Part shown: positions 11,508 to 25,135 of the stretch, piece by piece
How the letters are laid out: each line of letters opens with the position of its first letter
Position numbering within the stretch: position 1 is the first letter of the stretch
Assembly: GCA_043228905.1 (NCBI GenBank)
Contig: JBHGNT010000018.1
Coordinates: 7,998,001 to 8,062,000 of the forward strand
Length of the DNA stretch: 64,000 bases
Reading direction: 5' to 3'
From: Azolla caroliniana
Taxonomy: Eukaryota; Plantae; Polypodiophyta
Position numbers and translations under genes: made by a program
The notes under the pieces: generated by a model
What the model saw: only the letters and a program-made list of their open reading frames with translations
Told to the model about the DNA's origin: nothing
Databases searched by the model: none

Positions 11508-13682
11508 ACGTCATCGAAGATTTCTTGATAAACTTCGCTCCTCGAGGGAATAAATGGAACCCGATTGACCAAGTTCTCGCCCTCAAGCAAGACGCGAATG
11601 AGACAGTTAGAGACTACATACGTCGCACGAAAAGCCTGCACCATCGTTGTAGCCTGAGCGAGAAGATGTCGAATGACAAATTGATGAGCCGTTTCATCAA
11701 TGGGTTGTTCGATCTGACACTCCAAATTTCTTGATTGCCAGGATGTGTCAGTCGTTCGCTAAAGCTTGCACAGTAGTGATGACCTTCAAAGATGCAATGA
11801 GCGGGTTACGGATACCCACTCAAGCGCCCACGAACAACCGCGAGAAACCCTCGAACCTCACCCCCACTCTACCCACACCACCGAGACCACCCCGTATAAA
11901 AAGACCCCAAGCATACGCCCAAAGAGAAAATGTAAGGTGCACGGTATGCCATGGCCGCCACATACCGCATGAGTGTCCCCTCCTCCACCAACGACGGCCG
12001 CAATACTGTAAGTGGTGCAAAGCTTTCATGATGCATCCTCAAGAGAACTACTGGCAAGCCCTGACCGGAAGGTACGGCCAAACATCTATGGTGGAGCAGC
12101 CACGCTCACCTCCACCGCTTAGTCACCCACAACTACCAGCGATACTTCCCCGATAACTTCCACTACCACGCATCGACGCTCACCTCGCTGAACTAGAATA
12201 TACCATTGATAGCCAAATCTAGGTCGGGGCGAGCGCTCCTGAATACGAAGACTCGTACCGAGAGTATGGTGTTGAAGAAGAGGTGTTGTCCCACTTTGTG
12301 AACTTCAAAGGTGACCAAATACCAGTGTACGTCCTGAGAGGGGAACAACGGGGGCCGTCGATGGGATATCGCAACAATAATGGTCTAAGGAGGTCAGAAT
12401 TGAAATGTTTCAACTGCCAAGGCCCACATATGGTTAGCGATTGCCCAACCAAACATGAATACTACAGCCGGATGGCACAACGACCATGCCACCCCCCACT
12501 CGAAACACCCCCCCAACCCAACAGTCATAGGACCTTATCAAGTGGTTCCAAAGAGAAGCATCGTGCCCAAGGTGTGGTAAGGAGCACTTAGTACCTAATT
12601 GCCTAGAAAAGAAGAAAAGGATTAGCGCAAATTTGTTGTCTATCGTACCATCCACGATTGGCGCCAACATCATCACACGAGCTCAACGAGTAACTCATAA
12701 TTTAAAATACCAAGATCAAAGTCTCCCCGCGGCTGCGTGTAAGAGACGAAAATCCAGAATAAATGCATCCACGCAGGCCTCAAAACAAGATCAAGAACCG
12801 GAGGGAGACGTAAAAACAATACCCGTCAACCCTAACCAAGAGCTACCGGCACACCTAGCGGCATACCCAAACACAGTGGATGAGAAACAAAAGGTCGAAG
12901 AATACATTAAACTCATACGCCACTAATAGTTTGAAAAATCACTTAGTCTCGCGAGCTTAAACTTTGACCAACTTGAAGAATGGGTAAACCCCCCACCCCA
13001 ACACACGGATACACCTCCCCTCTTCGTCACATCCACCGACACCCCCACCTGCCATCCTACCTTGATCAAAGAGGTCAACACAACCCTGCTCCAGCAAATC
13101 TTAAATTTAAGATCACGACTCACATTACGCGAAGTGTAGAGCTACACTGACACCTTCGTAGCCAACACCCCCCTACTATGACCTCTACTTGCCAAGGAAA
13201 TAGAGTTCACGCTTGAAGAACTACTCAAACTTGACATCCAACCATGGCACGATGTCCTCTGCCGCCTCAATGGTAGCCTATCAGTAGGTTATGTCGAAAA
13301 GTTACACACCCACATTCCTCATACGTCCACAGTCCTCAAGCAACTTGAAGAACCACTAGTCGATATACGTGAAGCTCACTTCGAGAGCGATGATACTAGT
13401 TTCGCTCTACCCATCGGCGTCAATGGTATGACATGTGATGCAATCATTGAACCGGAGCAAGGGTAAGTATCGTCAACTACGAATGTTGGTGTAAGTGGGG
13501 GAGCCCAAAAATGCTTCCTTCAGATGTCAAACTACGAACGATAGATGGGTCCATCCAAAGGCCGGAAGGCATGATCTTCACACATCACTTCACTATCCAA
13601 GGAGTTGAGTTCAATTTCACCTTCGTCATCACAAGATCATCCAATCATGTGGCATACGAGTGCTTACTAGGAAGACCATTCC
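11508..13682 (+). pseudogene. Element E gag C-terminus and first aspartic protease (degenerate)
   Basis: CTVCHGRH..HEC and CFNCQGPHMVSDC zinc knuckles; protease remnant with TGA motif near 13450 and YECLLGRPF. Confidence 0.8.
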
Positions 13683-16600
13683 TGTCACGGATCATAAGCT
13701 CAAGAGACAAGCAAGAAGATAACCAAATGGACAAGAAAGAAGATAGTATTAAAGGAAAGACTGCATAACTAGTGTGGTTCACCTTGAATTCCTTCAAGGT
13801 GAACTCCTCTATTTATACTACATGGCATGCATACTTGTTGCACGCATGTGAATCTACAATAGAGCATGTAGGTATGCATGCATGTGCCAAGTGTAAATAC
13901 TACAAGGGAGCAACTATGCACATGATGCTAGCAAAATAATAAGGACCAATTACATACATAACTATGTACTAGATATTTTGGTTAACTCATAATACTAGAT
14001 TATAACATGGTCGTGTCAAGAGTTCGAATCTTGACATTATCCCCCCTCCTACGCCGCCTTCCCAAATCGGCCGCTGGTTTGTGGGGATATGGGTGATGAA
14101 AATCTTGGACGACCTCTGGGGCATTTTGTAAATTTGCCGATGGTTCCCACGTGGCCTCAGACATGGGGTAACCCCTCCATAGGACGAGGTATTGCAAGTG
14201 TCGACGGTGCCAACGCGAGTCAAGGATTTGGTCGACCTCGTATTCCTCCCCTGTCGTCAATTGCACAGGTGGTGGTGGTGGGGCCTGACGTCCTGGGAGT
14301 TGTGAAGCATAATGGGGTTCGAGGAGGGAGACATGAAAAACATCATGAATCCAGAAATGGGATGGAAGGGCGAGCCGGAAGGCGACGAGATGGATGCACT
14401 CGATGATACGGAATGGTCCCAACTTCTTGTAATCAAGTTTCGCACATGGACGAGTAGTAGAGATGTGTCGACGTAACAACCAGACCATGTCTCCAACGAC
14501 AAAGTGTGGAGTGGAAGATCGCTGGCGATCAGCCTGCTTCTTGTATCGTTCACTAGCAAGACTAAGCTCCAAGGATAAATCATGATGTAGTTCTTCCAAA
14601 ATGCGGGCGCGATCTTCCGCCGAAGGGTTCACGGAAGTGGTAGGAAGGTAAATGTTGAAGCGAGGATGTAAACCATAGTTGGCAAAGAAGGGAGTGACGC
14701 CAGTCGATGCATGGAGAGAATTATTGTAGATGAATTCCGCGAGCGAAAGTAAGTTGACCCAATCATCTTGTTGGTAACTAACCGAGCACCGAAGATACTG
14801 CTCAAGGATTTGGTTAACACGCTTCGTTTGCCCATTAGTTTGAGGGTGATAAGCAGAGGACAACTTGACAGAGATGCCTAAAGTTTGTAGTAGGCGCTGC
14901 CAGAAGTGAGAGACAAACTGGGGTCCGCGATCCGAGATGACATAATCGGGGAGTCCATGCAAGCGTACCACATTGTTGAATAGTAGATGCACCATTCCTT
15001 CTCCGGAAATAGTTTTGGAGCATGGAGTGAAGTGAGCCATCTTCGTAAACCGATCGACAATGACCAACACCGAGTCATAGCTATTGACCAAGGGTAGATC
15101 AGTTATCAGGTCCATAGAGATAGAGGCCCAAGGACGACGAGGACATGGAAGCGGTTGTAGTAAGCCATATGGCCGATTATGAATGGCTTTGGAGCGAGCA
15201 CAAACCTCACAACTCTTTATGTATTCTTTGACCAACTTTCATGGTTGTGGCCACCAATACCCTCGAGAGATTAGCTTGAGGGTTTTCGCGGCCCCAAAAT
15301 GACCTGCAAGTGGGTCATCGTGGCATTCCCGCAACACCCGGGTGCGACATGGGCCCTCTGGGACGTATAAGAGATGATCTTGGAAAAACAAACCCTCTTG
15401 TATGGTGAAGGTGTCAAGATCCTTCCTTTTGGTTGCCTTGGAGGGGTTTTGCAGACTATCTCGAATCTCGTTGGCGAACGCATCGGTCTTGGATGCATCA
15501 GTGATTTGTTGGAGTAAAGAATCATCCTGCAACATACAAGTGGCAAAAAGATGCAATTGGTCAGGTTTCAACAAACGTCTAGATTGTTGAACATAAGCAG
15601 CATCCCTAGGGCGGAGTGCAAGGTCAGCTCGGCGAGAAAGGGCATCAGCCTTCCCATGTTGGCCACCAGGTCGAAATACGATCTCAAAATCGTAGTCGGC
15701 GAGAAATGTCAACCAGTGGGCCTGCCTTCGATTCAAAGTACGAGTGGTGAAAAAATAAACTAAATTTTTATGATTAGTCACTACCTAGACACGATGTTGC
15801 GCGCCGGCCAAGTAGGGTCGCCATTCTTCAAAGGCAACAATGATAACAACAAGCTCCTTGTCGTAAATGGGATAATTGATTTCGGATGTCGTAAATTTTA
15901 GGGAATAGTAAGCCACTGGGTGCATTAGGTTGTTGTCGTCTACCTGGGATAAGATGGCGCCAATGGTAAAGTCAGAGGCATCGGTTTTGACTTGGAAGGG
16001 TTTTGTGGGGTTGGCATGTAGCAGCACCGGGGCAGTGACGAATGCGTGTTTGAGTGAGTCGAGCGCATTTTGTGCCTCCGAGGTCCATACAAATGGAGTG
16101 CATTTATGGGTGAGAGCGATAAGAGGTGTGCTAGGGTGGAAAACCCTTTGTTGAAGCGACGATAAAAATTCGCGAAGCCGAGGAAGGATTGCACATCTTT
16201 AAGTCGCCTTGGAGTCGCCCACGCCTGAATGACAGAGACCTTCTTCATATCCATGGTGATGCCAGTGGGCGAGATGATGTAGCCCAGAAATTCAATCGAG
16301 GTACTGTCGAACTCGCATTTCTCGCCTTTGGCATAAAGGCCATGCTCGCGAAGTTTGGCAAGAACTAATGGGACTTGGTGAGTGTGCTCCTCCATGTTTG
16401 GTGAGAAAATGAGAATATCATCGAGGTAAATGACAACAAAAAGATCAAGATATTCCCGGAATATATCGTTCATCATATGTTGAAAAACTGCGGGAGCGTT
16501 AGTAAGACCAAAAGGCATTACCATGTATTCGAAATGCGGTTTTCCATTCATCCCCTGGCTTGATGCGTATTAGATTGTACGCTCCATGCAGATCAACTTT

Positions 16601-18936
16601 GGAGAAGACACGCGCAACTCGGAGCCGATCAAGGAGTTCGGGGATCAGAGGTTGCGGATAACGGTTGCGCACATTGAGTTTGTTGAGACCTTGGTAGTCA
16701 ACGCATAAGTGTAGAGAGCCATCCTTCTTCTTCAAAAATAAAATAGGGGCCCCGGCTGGTGATTTAGAAGGTTGAATAAATCCTTTCTCGAGGTTCTCAT
16801 TGAGATACACACGAAGGGCCTTCAACTCTGGTGCAGACAACGCATATAGAGGACCAAAGGGTGGACACGCACCTTCTTGAAGATCAATCGGACAGTCGTA
16901 GAGCCGGTGTTCAAGCAAACGATCAACATTACATTTTTCAAATACGTCGGAGAAGTGTTGGTATTTTTTGGGAATAACATGGAGTGTGTTAGAAATGGCG
17001 CCACAAACAAACCCATCCTGGACCGATGATGGGGTAGTCAATTCGGAGTCGATCGTCTCCGAAGGATAGGAAACTGAATTTACCTTCATACTTTTGCACG
17101 AGCATCTTGGCTTGCTAAATGTGATTGAGCGGTTGCACCAATCCACTATTGGATTGTGCGCCTCCAACCACGCTAGTCCTAAGACGATCAGATGTCGAGG
17201 AGATGCGATATGGTAAAAGGCGAGCTCCTCATGCTGTGAGCCCACCCGAAGCCCTAATGGGATTGTAGCTTGAGTAATTGCACCTGACGAGAGGACGCAT
17301 CCGTCGATGGCTTCAACTGGAATGGGTTTTGAGAGGCCAACGACAGGTACGCCATGTGCTTGGGCAAACGCGACGTCGATGAAGCAAGAAGATGCCCCAG
17401 GATCAAGTAAAGCAACAGACTGAATGGAACTAGAGTTAAACGAAAGCCATACCTCCAATGTGAAATTGCCTGATGGTCCGGGAATGGAACCAAGAGAATG
17501 TGGGCGACGGGAGATGTCCAGTTGCATGGCTCCTACTGCAACTGAACGATGTTGTTTTCCGGATGTTGGGGTCCGTTAGCTCGATGGAATTGTGGGCGAG
17601 TACTTCTAGGACAATGGCGAACGACATGACCGGAGACGCCACAATACATGCACAAGCCATTAGCCCACCAAAATTGTCGTTCAACATCAGTCAATGGCCA
17701 AAATCGGGCTTGATCAATTTCCATGGGGATAGGAGCATCTGCCAAAGTAGGCGAGTGTGAGGATGCCTGGGTTGTATGACCGGGGCGTGGCGTGGAAGTG
17801 AATGAGCTGGAACCCAAGTCCAACGCTCTTCTTGGCGAAATTCGAAAAGACGATTGTCACAATGGACTGCTTGTGAAATCGCTTGGGATAACGAGGTGGG
17901 CTCTGAAAAGTTTAAGACAAGATTCTTGACATTGCTTCGAAGGCCGCGCCGAAAGTGATAAGCTAAAGCTTGATCATCCCAATTGACGTCGCATGCTAGT
18001 TGTCGAAATTCTGAAACATAGACCGAAGCTGCACGCAAACCTTGTTCGAGTGCATAAATCTTGTTAAGAGTTGTACGTCGTCGGTCCGTCTCTCCAAATG
18101 TGGCCTCTAACTCAAGTCCTCCAATAGAGGTGACGAGGTTTCTACCAATGGTGCAAACCAAGCTTGGGCCGGACCGGAGAGAAGGGTGCCCACAAGGCCG
18201 ACTTGTCAAAGACCATCTCCATAACGTTGAGGTTGTAGCCGAATAATAAGTCGAACTTGGTTGATGAACCCTTGGAAACACGACCTCGTTCCATCAAATT
18301 TTTCTGGGAGGCTAACCTTAGGCTCAAGAAACTATGACGAAGCTAGGCTAGATGTTGGTAGAAGATCGGGCTCTAGGCTAGGTTGTTGTGGGAGACTAGG
18401 GTTCGGGGGTTGTGAGGATAGGGAGGTACCGACTTGAAGTTCTTGTAAAGAATTTCAAAGAGCTTCATTTTGAAGCTGTAGTTGTCATAAGGCTACCATT
18501 ATTTGGCCCAACTCACTAGTTGAGTCGGACATAGCTATGGCTTATGAGAGGGAGAGCTATGAGGATGGGAAGGTGAACAAACTGTCACAGATCATAACCT
18601 CAAGAGACAAGCAAGAAGATAACCAAATGGACAAGAAAGAAGATAGTATTAAAGGAAAGACTCCATAACTGGTGTTGTTCACCTTGAATTCCTTCAAGGT
18701 GAACTCCTCTATTTATACTACATGGCATGCATACTTGTTGCACGCATGTGAATCTACAATAGAGCATGTAGGTATGCATGCATGTGCCAAGTGTAAATAC
18801 TACAAGGGAGCAACTATGCACATGATGCTAGCAAAATAATAAGGACCAATTACATACATAACTATGTACTAGATATCTTGGTTAACTCATAATACTAGAT
18901 TATAACATGGTCGTGTCAAGAGTTCGAATCTTGAAA
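13683..18936 (-). mobile_element. Full-length degenerate Tcn1-like chromovirus I (LTRs 13683-14036 and 18583-18936)
   Basis: TSD ATTCC; gag with CMYCGVSGHVVRHC, LLDPGAS protease, YLDD RT, RNase H, integrase, chromodomain; PPT AGGAGGGGGGATAA. Confidence 0.96.
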
Positions 18937-19499
18937 ATTCCTACGTATAAGCCGCCTGGTAATGGATTTTGGGAATGATACAATCTATATGCGTAAAAAC
19001 AACAAAACCTTCCGCATCAAAGCATACACACAAAAAGTGCATGAACAAGAAGGCAACCATGTCATGGATGATTGGTCAAAAACCACCGAGTCCGAGACCA
19101 ACCTCCTAGCGTGCAACCCCACAAAAACTGTTCAAATCTTAGCCAAAGGCCAACCATTCCCCCAAAAATCCGCCAATTCCAAAGAGGAGAATGCAAGAGA
19201 GAGAGAAGACCAATCCATAGCTTGTGAGATGTCAGAGATGAATTGGGTACATGCTCTCGCTACGACTGACCCAATGTACCCTATTGGTACAAAGTGTTTC
19301 GATGATGATGGACACATGATCTCTTGCTTTAACGTCACCACCCTCGTAACCTAGCGACTCACATGTCAAGATGAGGTTGCGACCACTCAGAAGACCTCGA
19401 CAGAAGTGGACTTCCCAGAGCAATTCAAACTTTATGAACAAGAGAATCGGGCAGTGGCTTGTAAGAGACCACAACACACCCCTCAAAGCCTAGGTGGGG

Positions 19500-22414
19500 T
19501 ATGCGATGGACCAGTGAGGGTGAAAGAAATCAACTTTGGGAAGGGGATGGACTCCAAACTAGTGTTCATAGCCACAAATCTCTAGTCAGACGAGGAGATG
19601 TCCTTGATCACCCTCCTCACGGAATTTAGCGACGTGTTCACATGATCGTACGTAGATATGAAAGGGATCTCGGTTGAGGTCGTCACCCATAGTATCCCCA
19701 TGCAAGCCGACACCCGCCCAATCCGACAAAGGCCGCGCCTAATGAACCCTAACTACGCCCAACAAGTAAAAGCCGAAATCAACAAAATGTTAGACGCAGG
19801 CATCATCTACCCGATCGAACGAACCACTTGGGTCTCACCGATTGTAGTTGTCCCGAAGAAAAACAACCAAATCCGCATATGTGTTGACTACCGCCAAGTC
19901 AACGAAGCCACCATCATGGACAACTACCCAGTACCCTACATCGAGCATCTACTCGAAAGAATCGCAGGAGCCGAAGCTTATAGCTTCATCGACGGGTTCT
20001 CGGGGTACAACCAAATCTCGGTGGTAGCTGAGGATCAACACAAGATGGCCTGCGCCACCGAATTTGGTACGTTCGTGTATAAGCAGATGCCTTTCGGACT
20101 CACGAGCGCCCTGAGCACCTACAAAAGAGCGGCGGACCATATCTTCGCAGCAAGGTTACGACAAGGGGTGGAGTCCTATGTCGACGACTTATGCTGCCAT
20201 TCGAAATGGAATGACCACCTCACGCTACTCCGCTTGACGTTCGAAAAATGCAGGGCCTATCAACTCTCCCTCAACCCACTCAGTGTGTCAGTTCTGGGTC
20301 AAGCACGGATTAATATTAGGGCATGGTGTGTCCTGACATGGGATCTTGACCGATGAGGCAAAAGTAAAACTCATCCTAGACATGCCACCTCCCACGAACG
20401 AGAAACAACTGTAAGGGTTCATGGGATACGCAGGTTACTATAGACGCTTCAGTAAGATGTTCGTAGACAAGGCCAGACCACTCTACACCCTACTAAAGTA
20501 GTATACTTGGATGGAAGAGTGCACACACTCGTTCAAGCTCTTGAAAGAGTGCCTAACTAAGGCCCCCATCCTCCGACCCCTAGACTGGACCAAAGAATTC
20601 CACGTTTACACCGACGCTTCCGCCTTCGCGATTGGTGCAGTGGTAGCTCAACCCGGCGAAGGGGCACTCAACCTACCGGTCACCTTTGCTAGTCCTCAAC
20701 TGAACGCCGCGGAACGAAATTACTCCACGACGGAATGGGAAGCTTTGGCCATGGTTTAGAACGTAAAAAAATTCCGCCACTACCTCTTGGCGTCACGGTT
20801 CTCATTTTTTGTACATCATCAGGCCCTCCTCTACTTGGTAAATAAAACTCACGCCATCGGACGCATCTCACAATGGATCGTAATGTTACTCGAGTTCGAC
20901 TTCAAGGTCATGGTGAGAAAAGGAAAAGACCATGTACCGCCGATCATTTCTCCCAGATACCAAACGGAGAAGAAGCCATTGGGGTCGACGATGAAACACC
21001 AGATGCAACATTATTCACGATCGACACCGTACCAGCATGGGCATTAGACATTGTTCGCGTCTTAACTGAAGGAGTATCCTTCCTAAAACAACTAAACCAG
21101 GCACACGCGCGTGTCTTGTTAAGGAAACGTGGCCCCTTCACGATGCTCAAAGGAAACTTGTACTGACGAGGTAACGATGATCTACTTCAGAGGTGTGTAA
21201 CGAACCACGACGTCGTCGCCGCCTTCACACAAGCTCATTGCGGAAGCGGAAGTGGTTATTTCAATCACGAGGTCACCGCACGCAAGATCCTCCAGTCTAG
21301 CCTATGGTGGCCAACACTCTTCAAAGACACATACAAGTTTGTACGCCGTTGTGATGAGTGCCAACATTTCAAACACCTACTAAAAGAGGATTTCAATACA
21401 TTAAACCCGGTGGTGGCATGGCAACCATTCGAGAAATGGGGTATCGACTTTATCGGCCCAATCAACCTAACTTCCAACCTGAATCAATACATAATAACTG
21501 CCACTGACTACGCTACCAAGTGGGTGGAAGCTAAAGCTTGCGTTAATGCCAATGCGCATAGCACCACCAAATTCCTATACGAAAATGTCATAGCATGGTT
21601 TGGATGTCCGCTCGAAATCATTAGCGATCAAGGCTCCCATTTCCTCAACGAAGTGATAGCACATCTACTAGGTGAATTTATGGTGACACACCGCAAGAGT
21701 CCTCCTTATTACCCTCGGTGCAATGGGCAAGCGGAAAGCACGAATAAGATGTTATGCATAGTCCTCACAAAGATAATTGTCGCCTCGCAGTCTAATTGGA
21801 GCACCAAACTCCAAGCAGCATTATGGGCTTTCCGTACTTCCTACAAAGTCGCAACTCGCCACACACCATTTAAACTAGTGTATGGACAAGAAGCGGTATT
21901 ACCCATCGAGTTCCTTGTCCCTAGCCTCAGGATACCCGTACAAGAACGATGGGATAGGGACCCCCTCCCCTCACACCTAGAGAACCTAGAACGGCTAAAC
22001 GAAACTCGCCTACTCACATTCCAAGCACTCTTGGTAGAGAAAGCCAATAGAAAGGTGTGGCACGACAACAAAGTAAGAATTAAAGATCTCGCTGAAGGGG
22101 ACATAGCTCTCAAAGTCACCTCTCAACGGCACAAAAAGAAGCTTAAATTACGTGGTGAGGGCCCATATATGGTCTCAGAGATTACCAAGACAGGAGCATG
22201 TCACCTACGCACGCTCGAAGGCCTCGACATCCCCGGATTCATCATAGGGAGCAAGCTTAAATGTTACTACGGACCCCTCACTCTCGAAGCTCTAATCATG
22301 TCTCGACAACGAGAAGTAGAAGCCAAACTTAACGCATCCGAAGGCCCAATGGCCCAACTCGAAACTGACCTTCGCAATGCGCAAGCGAAATTGAAACGAC
22401 AAGGTGACACCCAC
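19500..22414 (+). pseudogene. Element E RT, RNase H, integrase
   Basis: RICVDYR, FIDGFSGYNQI, YVDD, YTDASAFAIG, WGIDFIGP, SDQGSHF, NGQAESTNK; several stops. Confidence 0.93.
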
Positions 22415-24812
22415 TGTTGTAGTTTTTAGGGTTAGGGTTAATGGTAATGATGATTATCGATGACGAAGATAGACATGGTGTAATAATGAAGATGATGGAG
22501 AGTATGATGGTGAGAGAGATCATGAAGATGTTGACAAGCATTGAGAAGCATTGCGGGGTGGGGGCTGGTGCCTAGAATGGCTCCACCCCCCTCCCAAGGG
22601 GGTTCAACGTTAAGGGGTAGGGAAGAGAGAGAGGGAGAGAGAGATGATAAGAGAGATATTGAGAGAGAAATGGTTATTCTATTCATTCATTCCCCATAAG
22701 GGGTTAAATAGGTACAAAGGGTTAGATACACAAGGGTGCAAGCCCCTTTGGCATTCACACTTAGGCACTCACTCACACCTCTTCGTATCTACCACACTCA
22801 CACTTACACTCACACTCATAATCGTATAAAATCACACATACATATCCACACATTACATCTTTCACCCTCACTTATCACACTTATCAATCACAGGTACGTC
22901 TCGTACAGTAACACAATATGGCACGCCCATGGGAGAGTGCCTTGCACATCGATCCCACATGCCTTGATCATAATCTTTCTTCCACCGGAACTTCCATCGG
23001 TCCTCTCAACGATCGAATCTCTCGATCGGAGCGCTTGACTCAAACATCTTTGTCGGTCAGCGAATCTTTGTCGACATGAACATTCTCGTTCTGTCGTTCA
23101 CGAACTTCGGTAACATCAATGATCGACTCCCTCGATTGGAGCTCTTGACTCGAACATCTCCGTCGGTCAGCGAATCTTCATCGACACGAACATTCCTGTT
23201 CTGTCGGTTCATGAATTTCAGTAACATCATTTGGGTTGTCACAAAGACGTTGTGTGTATGTGTGTTCTTCCATTAATTTTTTGTGGGTTGTCGTGGTCGA
23301 TCACGTCCATTTCTTTAGGTGGATGAGTTTTTTAAATTTAGATATTGTAGCCTAAAATTTTTGAACAAATGACAATGCCCTTAGGTTTTGAAAATTGTAT
23401 TATGTACCCTCATGTTTTTAAAAAATTCTCAATTGCCCTATCTTTTTCTTTTATTCTCTTTTTCTATTTCCTATTGCATTCTTATTCTTGTTCGTTCTTG
23501 CTCCTTCTTGTCCATTTGTATGTATCTTTCTATCTCCTCCTCTTTCTGTCTTGTCTTCTAACTTCCTTTTCTTCCTCTTCTGTCTTTGTCTTCTTCTTTT
23601 TCAACGTCTCTTTCTCTTTTTTGTTTTGGTAGTAGCTTTGGGTAATCTTTTTGTTTCCTCTGCTCTATGTGTCCATCTTTTCCTGTCTGTGTGAGTTTCT
23701 GCTTCTCCATCTCTGGTGTTCTGTTTCATGATCCGTATTCCTCCTTCCTTGTTTTGTTTCATTTCCTTCTGTTGCCGCCACCGCTTCCATTGTACGGCGC
23801 CATTTGCTATCCGTCTCTCAGTTCATCCATGTCTTGTCTTTGTTGGTTTTCGTCGTCGTCGGGGTAAGATTGGTAGGTTGGGGTAAGATTGGTACGCCTA
23901 TGTGTTCTGCGTGCTCTCGCCTGATCACTTGTAATCACCTGTGTGCGCTGAGAACTCTGTGTTCACGAAATGAAATGGACTCTACACGGTGAAGGTTTTC
24001 TTTCTCCATATGTGGCGCCTTTTCTTGATTCCCGTGCATGCATGTTCTGTACTAATATAGCAGTCGGTTGACACATGGTGCGTTTTTTAAAGGGCTTTAA
24101 TTAGCCACCCACCATGGTGACCACCAACATGAGGGCCAAAATGGCCATATAAGAGCTTAAAATTATCTTCTTCATCATTGTTAAGCTATATATTTTGCTT
24201 GTTTTTTTGCCTTCTTCCTTTTGGCTCGGGCTCGCACCTATGGCCCTCGGAGTTGTTCCTCCCGTTGAGGAGAGAGGCGGGAATTCAACGGTTCATACCA
24301 GGTCGGGACGCTCGCCAAAAGGTGTTGTACGTTTTAGGGTTAGGGTTAACGGTAATGATGATTATCGATGACGAAGATAGACATGGTGTAATAATGAAGA
24401 TGATGGAGAGTGCGATGGTGAGAGAGATCATGAAGATGTTGACAAGCATTGAGAAGCATTGCGGGGTGGGGGGTGGTGCCTAGAATGGCTCCACCCCCCT
24501 CCCAAGGGGGTTCAACGTTAAGGGGGAGGAAGAGAGAGATGATAGATAAGAGAGAGATTGAAGGAGAAATGGTTATTGTATTCATTCATTCCCCATAAGG
24601 GGTTAAATAGGTACAAAGGGTTAGATACACAAGGGTGCAATCCCCTTTGGCATTCACACCTAGTCACTCACTCACACCTCTTTGTATCTACCACACTCAC
24701 ACTTACATTCACACTCATAATCGTATAAAATCACACATACATATCCACACATTACATCTTTCACCCTCACTTATCACACTTATCAATCACACGTACGTCT
24801 CGTACGGTAACA
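22415..24812 (-). mobile_element. Non-coding LTR element B (LTRs 22415-22913 and 24323-24812)
   Basis: TSD CCCAC; about 495-bp direct repeats TGTTG..TAACA; orientation from homology with element C; roughly 110-bp tandem duplication at 23011-23230. Confidence 0.93.
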
Positions 24813-24817
24813 CCCAC

Positions 24818-25135
24818 CCGACAACCATGGCTAAGGCGGTCAACTCTAATGACGGGGCAATACAACTACAATGCTTAGCCGACGGCATACCTTTGATGGT
24901 GGTAATCGACACAAGAGCATCACTAACCCTTTTCTCCTTCGAAACATGGGAACGTCTAGGTCGCCCAGACCTCAAAGGATGCAACGACAACTTCCATGGC
25001 TTCGATGGTTCCACATCATGTTGCCTTGCAACCTTCGTGTGTAACATGAAGATAGAACACAACGACCACTCAATCCGAGTTCGAGTACTCCTACCCGAAG
25101 TGACGTACACTCAATGCCTCCTCAGTTTAGATTAG
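24818..25135 (+). pseudogene. Second retropepsin-like aspartic protease domain of element E
   Basis: GIPLMVVIDTRASLTLFS..TWERLG..GFDGS..CLLSLD; in frame with integrase once element B is removed. Confidence 0.75.

Noticed and set aside
22424-22440. True telomere or chromosome-fusion scar
   Set aside because: Only two units, always at a fixed position in the LTR
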